A DNA stretch of 64,000 nt from Alphaproteobacteria bacterium (lineage in GTDB: Bacteria; Pseudomonadota; Alphaproteobacteria; UBA6615), in NCBI GenBank assembly GCA_965261975.1, contig CBDHEC010000008.1, positions 3,095 through 67,094 on the forward strand, given 5' to 3'. Of this stretch, positions 19,783 through 29,317 are shown piece after piece (the first letter of the stretch is position 1; every line of letters begins with the position of its first letter). The translations under genes and the position numbers were made by a program. A model generated the notes under the pieces. It worked only from the letters and a program-made list of their open reading frames with translations. It searched no databases and was not told the DNA's origin.

Positions 19783-21009
19783 ATGACTGATACACCCTGG
19801 AAAACAGACGACTGGTTCACCAGCCCCTGGAACTTCGCTCCCGAAGTGACCAAAGACTGGAAATTCCCCGACAACATCCGCATCCATGACGTCACCCTGC
19901 GTGACGGCGAGCAGCAGGCGGGCCTTGCGTTCAACTTCGACGACAAGATCCGGATCGCCGAGGGCCTCGCGGAAGTGGGCGTCCAGCGCATCGAGGCCGG
20001 CATGCCGGTCGTCTCCAAGGACGACGCCAAGGTCGTGCAGGAGCTCGCCAAGCGCGACTTCGGCCCGACCGTTTACGCATTTGCCCGCTGCATGGTCGAA
20101 GACGTCCAGCGCGCGGTCGATTCCGGCGTCGGCGGCGTCATCATGGAAGTCCCGGCCAGCCCCCATCTGATCCAGTATGGCTATCAGTGGGACCTGGAGC
20201 GGGCGATCGACCTGTCGATCGAATCCACCAAGTTCGCCCATGACAACGGCCTCGAGGTCGTGTTCTTCCCGATCGACTTCACCCGTTCGGACCTGAAGTG
20301 GGTGATCGACCTGATCGACCGCGTCGGCAAGGAAGGCCATATGGACGGCCTGGCCCTCGTCGACACGATGGGCGCCACCTCGATCCACGCGATGCAGTAT
20401 TTCGTGCGCTCGATGAAGGAACGCTTCCCGGATATCCCCATGGAAGCCCATTTCCACATGGATTACGGCATGGGCGTGGCGAACACGATCATGGCCCTGT
20501 CCGAGGGTGTGGAAGTCATCCAGTCCACCGTCCTGGGTGTCGGCGAACGCGCCGGCAACGTGCCCATGGAAGAGACCGTGATGGCGCTGCGCACGCTCTA
20601 TGACATCGACATCGGCATCAAGCTCGACAAGCTGAAGTGGCTGGCCGACCTGGTCCGCGACGTTACCGGCGTCGTGGTGCCGTCGAACCGTCCGGTCGTC
20701 GGCGACGATCTGTTCAAGGTCGAGTCCGGCATCATCGCCACCTGGTTGCTGAACTGCGGCGACGAGTACCAGACCGAGGTCATGCCGTTCCGCCCCCGTA
20801 TGGTCGGCCAGGACGAGCCGGTGACGGTCATGGGCAAGGGCTCGGGCATCGACACGGTCAAGGAATGGCTGGAACGCAACCAGATCCGCGTCGAAGAGAC
20901 CAAGGCCATGGAAATCCTGATGGCCGTCAAGGACTGGGCGCTGATCCACAAGCGCTTGATGACCGAAGATGAGTTCAAGGCGCTCGCCGAGAGCCTTCTC
21001 GACGACTAA
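19783..21009 (+). CDS. HMGL-like DRE-TIM metallolyase (homocitrate/2-isopropylmalate synthase family, catalytic domain only)
   Basis: LRDGEQ motif near the N-terminus and an HFHMDYGMG H-x-H metal site. 408 aa with no LeuA regulatory domain. Strong RBS AGGAGG. Confidence 0.75.
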   Translation: MTDTPWKTDDWFTSPWNFAPEVTKDWKFPDNIRIHDVTLRDGEQQAGLAFNFDDKIRIAEGLAEVGVQRIEAGMPVVSKDDAKVVQELAKRDFGPTVYAFARCMVEDVQRAVDSGVGGVIMEVPASPHLIQYGYQWDLERAIDLSIESTKFAHDNGLEVVFFPIDFTRSDLKWVIDLIDRVGKEGHMDGLALVDTMGATSIHAMQYFVRSMKERFPDIPMEAHFHMDYGMGVANTIMALSEGVEVIQSTVLGVGERAGNVPMEETVMALRTLYDIDIGIKLDKLKWLADLVRDVTGVVVPSNRPVVGDDLFKVESGIIATWLLNCGDEYQTEVMPFRPRMVGQDEPVTVMGKGSGIDTVKEWLERNQIRVEETKAMEILMAVKDWALIHKRLMTEDEFKALAESLLDD

Positions 21010-21039
21010 CGCCTGCGCTTCTCAAGGCAAGTTGCGAAG

Positions 21040-21066
21040 CCCCTCCCCTCGCGGGGAGGGGTTTTT
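21040..21066 (+). terminator. Rho-independent terminator after the HMGL-like gene
   Basis: Stem CCCCTCCCC, loop tcgc, stem GGGGAGGGG, then TTTTT. Sits between convergent genes. Confidence 0.8.
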
Positions 21067-21071
21067 CGTTT

Positions 21072-24000
21072 CTAGTCGCCGAACGCCTCGTTGCCGAACG
21101 AAGGGTCAGGCGCCGATGCCGGGGCCGGCGCACGCTCTGCGGACGGCCCGCGACGCGCCTTGAACGACGCACTTCCTGCCGGAATCTTGAAATCGCCGCC
21201 CTCACCAATCAGGCTGAAGGGCGCCCAGAAGATCGGGTGGGCGTAGGAGAAGGCAGGCTTGCCCGTCTTCGGATCGACGAAACCAGGCCCATCGATCAAC
21301 GCGACCTGGGACTGGCGAAGGGCCTCGGCACGGGTGAGACCCGGCGCCGACTTCTGCCGCGCGAATACGTCCGTGGTCAGCAACCGTGCCGACGTCGTCT
21401 CGACCGGCCAGTTCGAGACCAGCAATGCGCGCGTGCCGGCATAGAAAAACGCACGGCCCAGCCCCGAGACCGCTTCCGCACCGGCGCCGGACGCCGTGCC
21501 GGTGTTGCAGGCCGACAGCACGACCCAGTCCGCGTTCATCTCGAGCTCGAAGATCTCGCCCATTTGCAGCAGGCCGTCGCCATTCTTGTCGCCGGCAATC
21601 TGCGGCGCCGTCAGCGCCAGCGCAGGCTCGACCAGGCCATCGAGGTCACCGGGCACGAGCCCGTGAGTTGCAAACGCCACCACCCGATACGCATCGAGCG
21701 CGGCATCACGCACCGACTGCTCATTCGCCTGCTTGCCGATGAACACATCGCGGGAAAGGTCCGCATCCAGTGCGCCGGCCATGGTGCGGATCTCATCGGC
21801 CGTATCCGGCAGCCGCGGCAGCTGCGAGAACTGGGCAGCATCGACCTCCTGGGTGCGCGGCAGAGAACGCAGGCGCACCGGGACGTTGCGCAGCTGCAGG
21901 CCACCCCGGCTGATGAGTTCCGCCTGGGCGCCGGGCACCGGTGTCTGGGCGAGTTGCGATTCGTCGAAGACGGGGTCGCCGAAGCCCAGGAACGCACGCT
22001 CCGCTTGAGTCGTGCCCGAGAGCGAACGCAACGCAACCAACGAGGCCACCGACGGCATCACCGTCACCGAATGGGTCCGTGTGAGCCAGGCCACGTCGCG
22101 ATAGCGGTCGAAGAGCTGGGCGCTGTCATCGGTGGCTGCGGCCGGCGCCGTCGGCAAAAGCGAGAAGGGAATCTGGCCCAAAGGGCCATCGGCCACCACA
22201 ATCAGATTGGGCGTTTCCTTCCAGCCCGACGCCACCGGCGCCAGCAGGTTCTGGTACAGGCGATGGGCGAGCCGGGTGTCGAAATCGTGGATATCGGCCA
22301 GTGTCGCCGCCTGCGGGTCCAGTGCGCGCCGGAGCTGCGTCGCGGCGGCGTCGAGGCGCACGCGTCCGATCTTCGAGACCTCGAAGCCGACATCGCCGGA
22401 TTTGCCGAAGGCCCAGACATAGGTTCGGTCGTCATCCACATAGGACACGAAGATGGACTCATCGTCGGCCAATGCGCCACGCACCTCCGCGAGTTCCGAG
22501 GGCGGCGGGTCGATCAGGCGAATATAGTCGGGAAACTGGTCCTCCAGCGCCTCACGCGCCCGGGCCCGTTTGCCACGCAGGTCGTCGATATCGTCGCGAA
22601 GCGCGCGTATGTCGCCGGAATCGCTCTGCCCCTCCGGCGCGGCCTGCAACGATGTAAGCAATCCGAAAAGCGCCCCAATCTGGCGAAGCAGGTCCTGCTC
22701 CTCGCGCACCAGCTTGGCGAGCTCGGGGTCGCGCGCGGCTGCCCGCGAGCTCGACTGCGCCACCGCACGCTGGACAGAACTACCGCGCGCCGCATCCGAG
22801 ATCCGGAAAGCTTCTGCCGCGATCTCCGCGCGCTCATCCGGCGCGGAGACATTGCCATAAACATGGGCGAGCACACCCATATAGCCCTCGAGTACGGCGC
22901 GCAGGCGAATGGCCTGGGCCGTGGCGGTCGCATCCTCCTCCTCGACGTTGCGCGAACTGGAGAGCAGGGTCGGCACCGCGTTGCGGAAGTCCGCAAGCGC
23001 CGCTTCATCTTCGCCCTTGAGATGCCGGCCGATCCCCACGTAACCGCGTGCCAGCGCGGTCTTCGCATGCTTGCCGCCAAGGCGCTGCAAACTCCGCTCC
23101 GCAAGGTCGCTTGCGATCGCAAGGTCAGCGTCCACCTCACCGACCTTGTAGAAGATGAGCGCGGAATCCACCGTCGACGCGATGCTGCGCCGGCGCAGCA
23201 GATTGTCGCCGGCAGTGAGCCGGTCAACATCGCGGACAATCTCGGCAGCCTCGTCCCATTTCTCCTGGCCGGCGAGCGCCCGCGCGAGCCCAATCCGAAT
23301 CCGCAGGAGGTGCGACGACGTATCCCGCGCGCCGATCTGCCTGAGGATATCCTCGGCCTCGCGGCCCAGGTCAGCTGCCTCCGCGAACCGACCTTGCGCA
23401 AACAGCGTGCGTCCCAATATGTCGATGGTATTCGCGGAGAGGGGCGTGAGTTTACCGTAGTCGCGAATGTTGCGGGCGACGGCCTCGCGCATCTGGCTTT
23501 CCGCCTCGATCTCCCGGCCGAGCGTCATCAGCAGCCGCGCGCGCACCACCTGGACGCTCGTCAGGCGGATGTCAAAGAGCACCTTCTGCTGGCCGGACCC
23601 AGGAAGCGCCACAAGAGCACGCTCGAGCTCCTCCATCGCCTCCACGATGACCTTTTCCGCATCCTCATGCTTGCCACGCGACGCCAGTATGCGCGCCTCG
23701 ACATCCAGAATCAGGTGGTTCGTGAAACTGCGAATATGCGTCGGAACCCTCTCGGGAAATCGTCGATAGATCCCCCGCATGTCCTTGACCAGGTCTTCGG
23801 CCCGTCCAAGCCGGCCCATGGAGAGCTGAGCGCGCGCCAATTGTGCCATCCCGCCAATCCGGCGCCCCGGACGCTCCGCGCGTTCATTGTCGACGCGTTT
23901 CTGGGATGCCTCGAGAGAGCCGCGCAGGTTGCCCGCACGCGCTTCTGCGGCGCCGAGGTCGCGGGCGATCCGCGCCACCGGGCCGCCATGACGTTCCGCC

Positions 24001-24302
24001 AGAGCGAGCGCCTGGCGCAGATCTTTCACGGACTGCTGAACTTTGCCGATCGCGCCTGCCGCGTTTCCGCGTTGCTGATAAAAGCGGGCGAGCGCCGGGC
24101 CCCGCATGCTTGCCGGCGGCTCCTTGTCCGCCGTCGCCCGGAGGTTACCCTGTTGCGCCATTGCCGACGGCGGTGCGATTGCCACGGCTGCCAGCAGGAA
24201 CACCAGCAACATTGGCACAAGCCAAAGAGCGGCCGCGCCCTTTCTCACTCCCGGTTTCGTCTCAAACAAGTTCGTCATCAGTTTTCCCCGACTGATAGAC
24301 AC
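21072..24302 (-). CDS. Secreted TPR-repeat protein with C-terminal CHAT (caspase-like) protease domain
   Basis: 1076 aa. N-terminal signal peptide and a long TPR-like helical region. C-terminal CHAT His/Cys dyad contexts VVAFATHG and VVLSACNTG. Confidence 0.8.
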   Translation of the reverse strand: MSISRGKLMTNLFETKPGVRKGAAALWLVPMLLVFLLAAVAIAPPSAMAQQGNLRATADKEPPASMRGPALARFYQQRGNAAGAIGKVQQSVKDLRQALALAERHGGPVARIARDLGAAEARAGNLRGSLEASQKRVDNERAERPGRRIGGMAQLARAQLSMGRLGRAEDLVKDMRGIYRRFPERVPTHIRSFTNHLILDVEARILASRGKHEDAEKVIVEAMEELERALVALPGSGQQKVLFDIRLTSVQVVRARLLMTLGREIEAESQMREAVARNIRDYGKLTPLSANTIDILGRTLFAQGRFAEAADLGREAEDILRQIGARDTSSHLLRIRIGLARALAGQEKWDEAAEIVRDVDRLTAGDNLLRRRSIASTVDSALIFYKVGEVDADLAIASDLAERSLQRLGGKHAKTALARGYVGIGRHLKGEDEAALADFRNAVPTLLSSSRNVEEEDATATAQAIRLRAVLEGYMGVLAHVYGNVSAPDERAEIAAEAFRISDAARGSSVQRAVAQSSSRAAARDPELAKLVREEQDLLRQIGALFGLLTSLQAAPEGQSDSGDIRALRDDIDDLRGKRARAREALEDQFPDYIRLIDPPPSELAEVRGALADDESIFVSYVDDDRTYVWAFGKSGDVGFEVSKIGRVRLDAAATQLRRALDPQAATLADIHDFDTRLAHRLYQNLLAPVASGWKETPNLIVVADGPLGQIPFSLLPTAPAAATDDSAQLFDRYRDVAWLTRTHSVTVMPSVASLVALRSLSGTTQAERAFLGFGDPVFDESQLAQTPVPGAQAELISRGGLQLRNVPVRLRSLPRTQEVDAAQFSQLPRLPDTADEIRTMAGALDADLSRDVFIGKQANEQSVRDAALDAYRVVAFATHGLVPGDLDGLVEPALALTAPQIAGDKNGDGLLQMGEIFELEMNADWVVLSACNTGTASGAGAEAVSGLGRAFFYAGTRALLVSNWPVETTSARLLTTDVFARQKSAPGLTRAEALRQSQVALIDGPGFVDPKTGKPAFSYAHPIFWAPFSLIGEGGDFKIPAGSASFKARRGPSAERAPAPASAPDPSFGNEAFGD

Positions 24303-24332
24303 GCGTTTACAAACTGCTCCGTCAAAACAATC

Positions 24333-26444
24333 CTATTTCTCATCCAAGGCGAAGACGCCATCCCAATCTTCCGGAGCATTCACCGCCAGCCGTCTGGACC
24401 GCGCAGCCATAGCCGCAGCCGCCGGATCGTCACCGGCGATCGTCTCCCACTGGCTCACCGCAGCCTCGAACCGGCCCTCAGTGTAATCCGCCTTTGCCCG
24501 CGCATACATCTCAAGCACCTCACCGGGCGTTCCGCCCACCGGGATGTGAAGCGTCACGGGCTCCGCGCGGCCGACGACCCTGACCGTATCGATCTCGCGC
24601 AACATCACCCCATCCGTGCCGCGAGCGCGGGTGTCGCCGGAGATCAGCAGGCCGGTTCCGTAGACCTTGTTCGCACCCTCCAGGCGCGCGGCGAGGTTCA
24701 CGGCGTCGCCCATGACCGTGTAGTTGAACCGGCGCGCCGAGCCGATGTTGCCGACCAGGATGCGACCCGTGTTGATCCCGATGCGCTGACGCAGCGCGAT
24801 CCCGTGAGCCGCCTCCAGGTCGCGGTTGAGTTCATCCAGGCGCTGCTGACACTCGACCGCCGCGGCGATCGCACTGTCGGCATGTCCCGGATCGTTATGC
24901 GGCGCGCCGAACACCGCGACGATGGCGTCGCCGATATATTTGTCGACGAAGCCGCCATGACGCTCGATCACATCGGTCATCGCCGACAGATATTCGTTCA
25001 GCACCCGCACCAGCTGTTCGGGCGACATTCCTTCTGACATCGCGGTGAAACTCGCGAGGTCGGAGAAGAAGACGGTCAGCTCCCGCGTCTCGCCCCCCAG
25101 CGCCGGCATCTCGCTGCGCTCGACCATCTGCTCGATCACGGACGGCGCAAGATAGAGGCCGAACATCTGGCGCAGCAGCCGCTTGTCCCGGTCTGCGACG
25201 GTGAATCGATATGCGCCCATCAGCGCGAAAACAATCGCGATCGCGATCGGCGGATCAAACAGCGGGAAGACGGTGCCGCCCTGGAACAACAGGACAGCCG
25301 TCGCCGTCCACAGCGCCGCCGCAGCAATTGCGATAATCCCCGCCAGCCAGGCACTGACGCCGATCGTCACGAGTGCGATCACGATCGCGAGGGCAAACGT
25401 CAGCCCGTATACCTGCCAGGGCGCAGCCGCCGAGAGCAGGTTGCCGCGAACCAGGTTGTTGACGGCGAATGCATGCATATAGACGCCGGGCACGCTGTCG
25501 CGGGCGACCGTAGCGTCGAGGACATCCGGCAGCCTCTCCAGCGCGCAGCGGCGCGAGAACGCGGCCCCGTCCGGCGCCGCCGCGAAACGCAGGGAAGAGA
25601 GCTTTCGGTCCTCGACGTCGAGCACCCCGCCCAGGAGAACGACCTTGCCGGCGAAGTGACGGGCGAAGAAATCGTTGTCCCCGGCTGCAGCGCAGGCTTG
25701 TAAATCGGCGAAGGAATAGGTCGGGATGCCGCGTTGGTCGTCATCGAAGTTGATAAGCAGGTTGTTCCCGCCCACCGTCGGCAACGGGACCCCGTCGCGC
25801 GTTGCGCGGCCGTCCGGATCGAAGGCAAGGCGGTCGCCGAGCGTGCGGGCCGCCAGCTCGAGTGCCAGCGAGGGTTCGAACGCACGCCCGTCACCCGTCC
25901 GCGCGAGACTGACGGGCACGCCGCGAACGATGCCGTCGGCATCGGAATAGAGGTTGGCGGCACGAATATTCGCCCCATGGCCGACGGCGAAACGCTGGCC
26001 CACATTCGGCAGGATCGGTTGAGTCGAGTGCTGCGCCTTGCTCTACACCATCTGCCCTGCACGACCGTGCCGACGAAGACTGAGAAGGAAATCCCGATCG
26101 AACCCGCGGATCTGCGAGGCCGCGCTCGTCGGCAGGATGACGTCCATCCCGATCACCGCTGCACCGCCGTCGATCACGGCATCGAAAACCTGCGCAATCT
26201 CGGGCGTCCACATCACCTTCGGCGTGGTGTCGAAGGGTTTGCGGCGGTAGGTCTCCTCATCGATGGCAATGACAACAGTCGGTGACTGCGCACGCTCATG
26301 TTGCGGGCCAAAGGCGGCCTGGCGCAGCCACACCAGGCTGTCGGAGGACAGACCGTCGAGCGTGTCAGACCATGGGCCCGCGACCGCGACGGTGGCGATC
26401 AGCGCCGCGATCACGGCGGCCATCAGGGCTTTTACGCGCGGCAA
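24333..26444 (-). pseudogene. CHASE2 sensor-domain class III adenylate/guanylate cyclase, interrupted by a single in-frame TAG (about 26043-26045)
   Basis: ORF 26043..26444 holds the N-terminal TM and CHASE2 start (VVIAIDEETYRRKPF..GAAVIGMDVIL). ORF 24333..26003 holds the rest of CHASE2, TM helices and the cyclase domain (FSDLASFT, YIGDAIVAVFGAP). Both are in the same frame, separated only by TAG plus 13 sense codons (SKAQHSTQPILPN). Confidence 0.8.
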
Positions 26445-26445
26445 G

Positions 26446-27120
26446 TCAGAACCTGATCAGCCGCGAGAGCTTGGGCTGGTCGCCCGCCTCGGCAAAAGCG
26501 TCAATATCGAACACCAGCATACGTTCCCCGTCCGCTGCACTGAAACGGGCGCGGTAGACCCCTCCGGCCTCCAACGCGACATCCTTCGTGGCCAAATCGG
26601 TTGCACCCGGAGGGATGTCCATCTCGACCGGATCCCCCGGACGGTCAACACGTTCGATCAAAAGGCTGCCGGCCACGCCGCTCCGCACCAGAGGACTCGC
26701 GCCGTAGAGCGTCAGCTCCGGCCGGACGCCGGGTTTGGCGGCTGCGTCACCGGTGCCGCGAAAGGCCACGACCCCGCTGTCGTTGGCCTGGCCCCGGGAG
26801 AGCTCGACTTGACCGCCGTCACACGGCACCTCGACCTTGCGCACGGTACCGCCGGCCACCGCGCTCGCTTTCTTGCCGATCGTGACGGTGCCGCCGGTGA
26901 TGGTCTCCTGCATACAGCTCGCAAAGTAGCCGAGCACCAGCCGCTCGCCTGCCGAGAGCTTCACCACGTCGCCGGGCTCCACATAATCCATGAACGAAAG
27001 GTCGGATCCAGCAGCCTGGATATCCTCGACGAGGGCGCTCGGTTGCGCCGCGGCGGGCAGCGCGAGCAGGCTCACCGCGGCGGAAATGACGACATATCGG
27101 ACAACCGGTATCGATGACAT
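26446..27120 (-). CDS. Secreted/periplasmic hypothetical protein, possibly FecR-domain-like; first gene of the CHASE2/CHAT operon
   Basis: Signal peptide MSSIPVVRYVVISAAVSLLALPAAA. Stop abuts the cyclase start with a 1-2 nt gap. Beta-rich region GDVVKLSAGERLVLGY...GGTVTIG is compatible with a FecR-like fold; that assignment is unverified. Confidence 0.5.
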   Translation of the reverse strand: MSSIPVVRYVVISAAVSLLALPAAAQPSALVEDIQAAGSDLSFMDYVEPGDVVKLSAGERLVLGYFASCMQETITGGTVTIGKKASAVAGGTVRKVEVPCDGGQVELSRGQANDSGVVAFRGTGDAAAKPGVRPELTLYGASPLVRSGVAGSLLIERVDRPGDPVEMDIPPGATDLATKDVALEAGGVYRARFSAADGERMLVFDIDAFAEAGDQPKLSRLIRF

Positions 27121-27244
27121 GACGCTTCTCCCCGACTTCGGGCGGCGATTCGGCCGCGTATGGAACCAACAAGGCTCCATTTCTCGATTATCGAAGATAT
27201 CGTCTGGGGAGACAATCGGCAGTGACCACGGTCACAAAGTTGTT

Positions 27245-28231
27245 CTAGCCCCCAAACTCCGCCACCAATGCCCCGGTCGTGGTGCGTGAATCGAGCGCCA
27301 CATGGGCATCGGCGATATCCGCCAGCTCATAACGGCCGGTGATATTGGATTTCACGGTTCCGTCCGCGATCGCGGCCACCACCTCTTCCATCATCGCCGC
27401 CTTCTCCTCCGGCGTCGCCGCGTAGTCCTTCATCGATGCCTTGGTGAAGATCAGGGATTTCTGGTTGAGCTCCAGCGCGTCGATCGGCGGCGGACCCGAC
27501 GCGTGGCCGTAATTCACGAACCAGCCCCGCGGTGCCAGCGCGCGGAGATTACCCTGATAGGCATCCGCGCCGACCGCGTCATAGACCACCGGCACCCCCG
27601 CACCGCCCGTGATGTCGAGGACGGCGTCGGCGAAGTCTTCCTTGGTGTAATCGATCACATGGGCGCAGCCATTCTCCTCGGCCGCCAGGAACTTGTCGGG
27701 TGAACTGACGGTGCCGATAACCTTTGCGCCCACGCTTGTCGCCCACTGGGTCAGCAGACTCCCCATGCCGCCGGCCGCGGAATGGACCAGGATGGTCTCC
27801 CCGGCCTCCACCCGGTACAGCTGCCGCAGCAGATACTGGGCGGTCATGGTCCGCACGAAGGCCGCCACCACCGTCGCATCGTCGAGGTCGGCGGGCGGCG
27901 TGTAAAGCTGCTCGGCGGGAACAATGCGCGCGTCCGCATAGGCGCCGACGTTGAACAGATAGGCCGCCCGGTCGCCTTCCTTGTGGTCCGCAACCCCCTC
28001 GCCCACCGCCGCGATGGTCCCGACACCCTCGAGGCCGAGCACCGTCGGCAATGGCGGCTTCAGGAAGTAGCGTCCCTGTCGCATATAAGAATCCGCGAAA
28101 TGAATCGCCGATGCGGTCTGTTTCAACACGACCTCCCCCGGGCCCGGCTCGGCCAGGGTATCGGTCTCGATCTTGATGACCTCGGGGTCACCATATTCGT
28201 GGATGCGGGCGACGCGTGTCTGCATGGCCAA
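27245..28231 (-). CDS. qor: NADPH:quinone oxidoreductase (MDR/zinc-free alcohol dehydrogenase superfamily)
   Basis: 328 aa. GroES-like N-terminal domain plus Rossmann motif AAGGMGS. Confidence 0.8.
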   Translation of the reverse strand: MAMQTRVARIHEYGDPEVIKIETDTLAEPGPGEVVLKQTASAIHFADSYMRQGRYFLKPPLPTVLGLEGVGTIAAVGEGVADHKEGDRAAYLFNVGAYADARIVPAEQLYTPPADLDDATVVAAFVRTMTAQYLLRQLYRVEAGETILVHSAAGGMGSLLTQWATSVGAKVIGTVSSPDKFLAAEENGCAHVIDYTKEDFADAVLDITGGAGVPVVYDAVGADAYQGNLRALAPRGWFVNYGHASGPPPIDALELNQKSLIFTKASMKDYAATPEEKAAMMEEVVAAIADGTVKSNITGRYELADIADAHVALDSRTTTGALVAEFGG

Positions 28232-28333
28232 ATCCTCATGCTGAATTGGAAGGCCCCTGCATTATTCGCGAAACACCGACAAATTCAGGCGACTGATCGA
28301 TTTCGCTCACAATGTGAACAGAAGATCGACGGC

Positions 28334-29317
28334 TTAAGCCACCCGCAGATAGTGCAGCGAGAACAGGTCGTTCGCATCCGTCCAGTGACGGAAGGCGCGC
28401 CAGCCGGCCTTGGCCGCCAGCGCGTGGAACTCCTCGATGTCGTATTTGTGGGAATCCTCGGTGTGGATCGATTCACCCGCCGCAAACGCGAAGCTGTGGC
28501 CGTTGATCCGGACTTCCTGATCCCGCTCACTCACGAGGTGCATCTCGATCCGGCCCTGATCCGCAACCCAGCGTGCGTCATGCGAGAACGCGTCGATATC
28601 GAAGTTGCCATCCAGCTCCCGGTTCACCCGGCGCAGGACGTTGAGGTTGAACTGGGCCGTCACGCCGGCCGCATCATTGTAGGCCGCGTGCAAGATGCCC
28701 GTGTCCTTGCGCAGATCGACACCGATCAGGAGCCCGTTGTCGGTCCCGAGATCGGTGGCCGCGGCGCGCAGGAAATCCACCGCGGCGGCGCGCGTGAAGT
28801 TGCCGATGGTCGAGCCCGGGAAGAACCCGATGCGCGCCGCGCCGCCCGCGATCTCCGGCAGCTCGAACGGCTGGGTGTAGTCGGCAGCGATAGGCACGAC
28901 GGGCAGATCGGGATAGGCGCCCGCCAGCGCCTTGGCCGAGGCCAGCAAATGCTCGCGTGAAATATCGACCGGGATATAGGCCGCCGGGGTCTCCAGCGCG
29001 TCCAGCAGAATGCGGATCTTGGTGCTCGACCCACTGCCGAACTCCACCACGCTGGCGTTGGCGCCGATCAGCTCGGCGAACTCCGCTGCATGGGTGCGCA
29101 GCAACGCGGTCTCGGTGCGGGTCGGGTAATACTCCGGCAGTTCACAGATATCGTCGAACAGCTGCGAGCCGCGCTCGTCGTAGAAATACTTGCTCGACAG
29201 CTTCTTCTGGGTCTGGGCGAGCCCATCGAGGACATCGTCGAGAAAGCTGTCGGCCGCGTGGTCATATTCTACATAATCATGAAGCGGGCCGAGGCTCATC
29301 ACTGCCGCGTCGTTCAT
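28334..29317 (-). CDS. egtD: L-histidine N-alpha-methyltransferase (ergothioneine biosynthesis)
   Basis: YFYDERGSQLFDDICELPEYYPTRTE and EFGSGSSTK motifs characteristic of EgtD. 4-nt overlap with egtB. Confidence 0.9.
   Translation of the reverse strand: MNDAAVMSLGPLHDYVEYDHAADSFLDDVLDGLAQTQKKLSSKYFYDERGSQLFDDICELPEYYPTRTETALLRTHAAEFAELIGANASVVEFGSGSSTKIRILLDALETPAAYIPVDISREHLLASAKALAGAYPDLPVVPIAADYTQPFELPEIAGGAARIGFFPGSTIGNFTRAAAVDFLRAAATDLGTDNGLLIGVDLRKDTGILHAAYNDAAGVTAQFNLNVLRRVNRELDGNFDIDAFSHDARWVADQGRIEMHLVSERDQEVRINGHSFAFAAGESIHTEDSHKYDIEEFHALAAKAGWRAFRHWTDANDLFSLHYLRVA

Noticed and set aside
21237-25037. 1266-aa + strand ORF
   Set aside because: It is antisense of the TPR-CHAT and CHASE2 cyclase genes. 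Long open antisense frames are expected at ~67% GC.
25400-26062. 220-aa minus-strand ORF overlapping the cyclase gene in another frame
   Set aside because: It is in the wrong frame relative to the continuous CHASE2 homology. The interruption is an in-frame stop, not a frameshift, so this ORF is not part of the gene.
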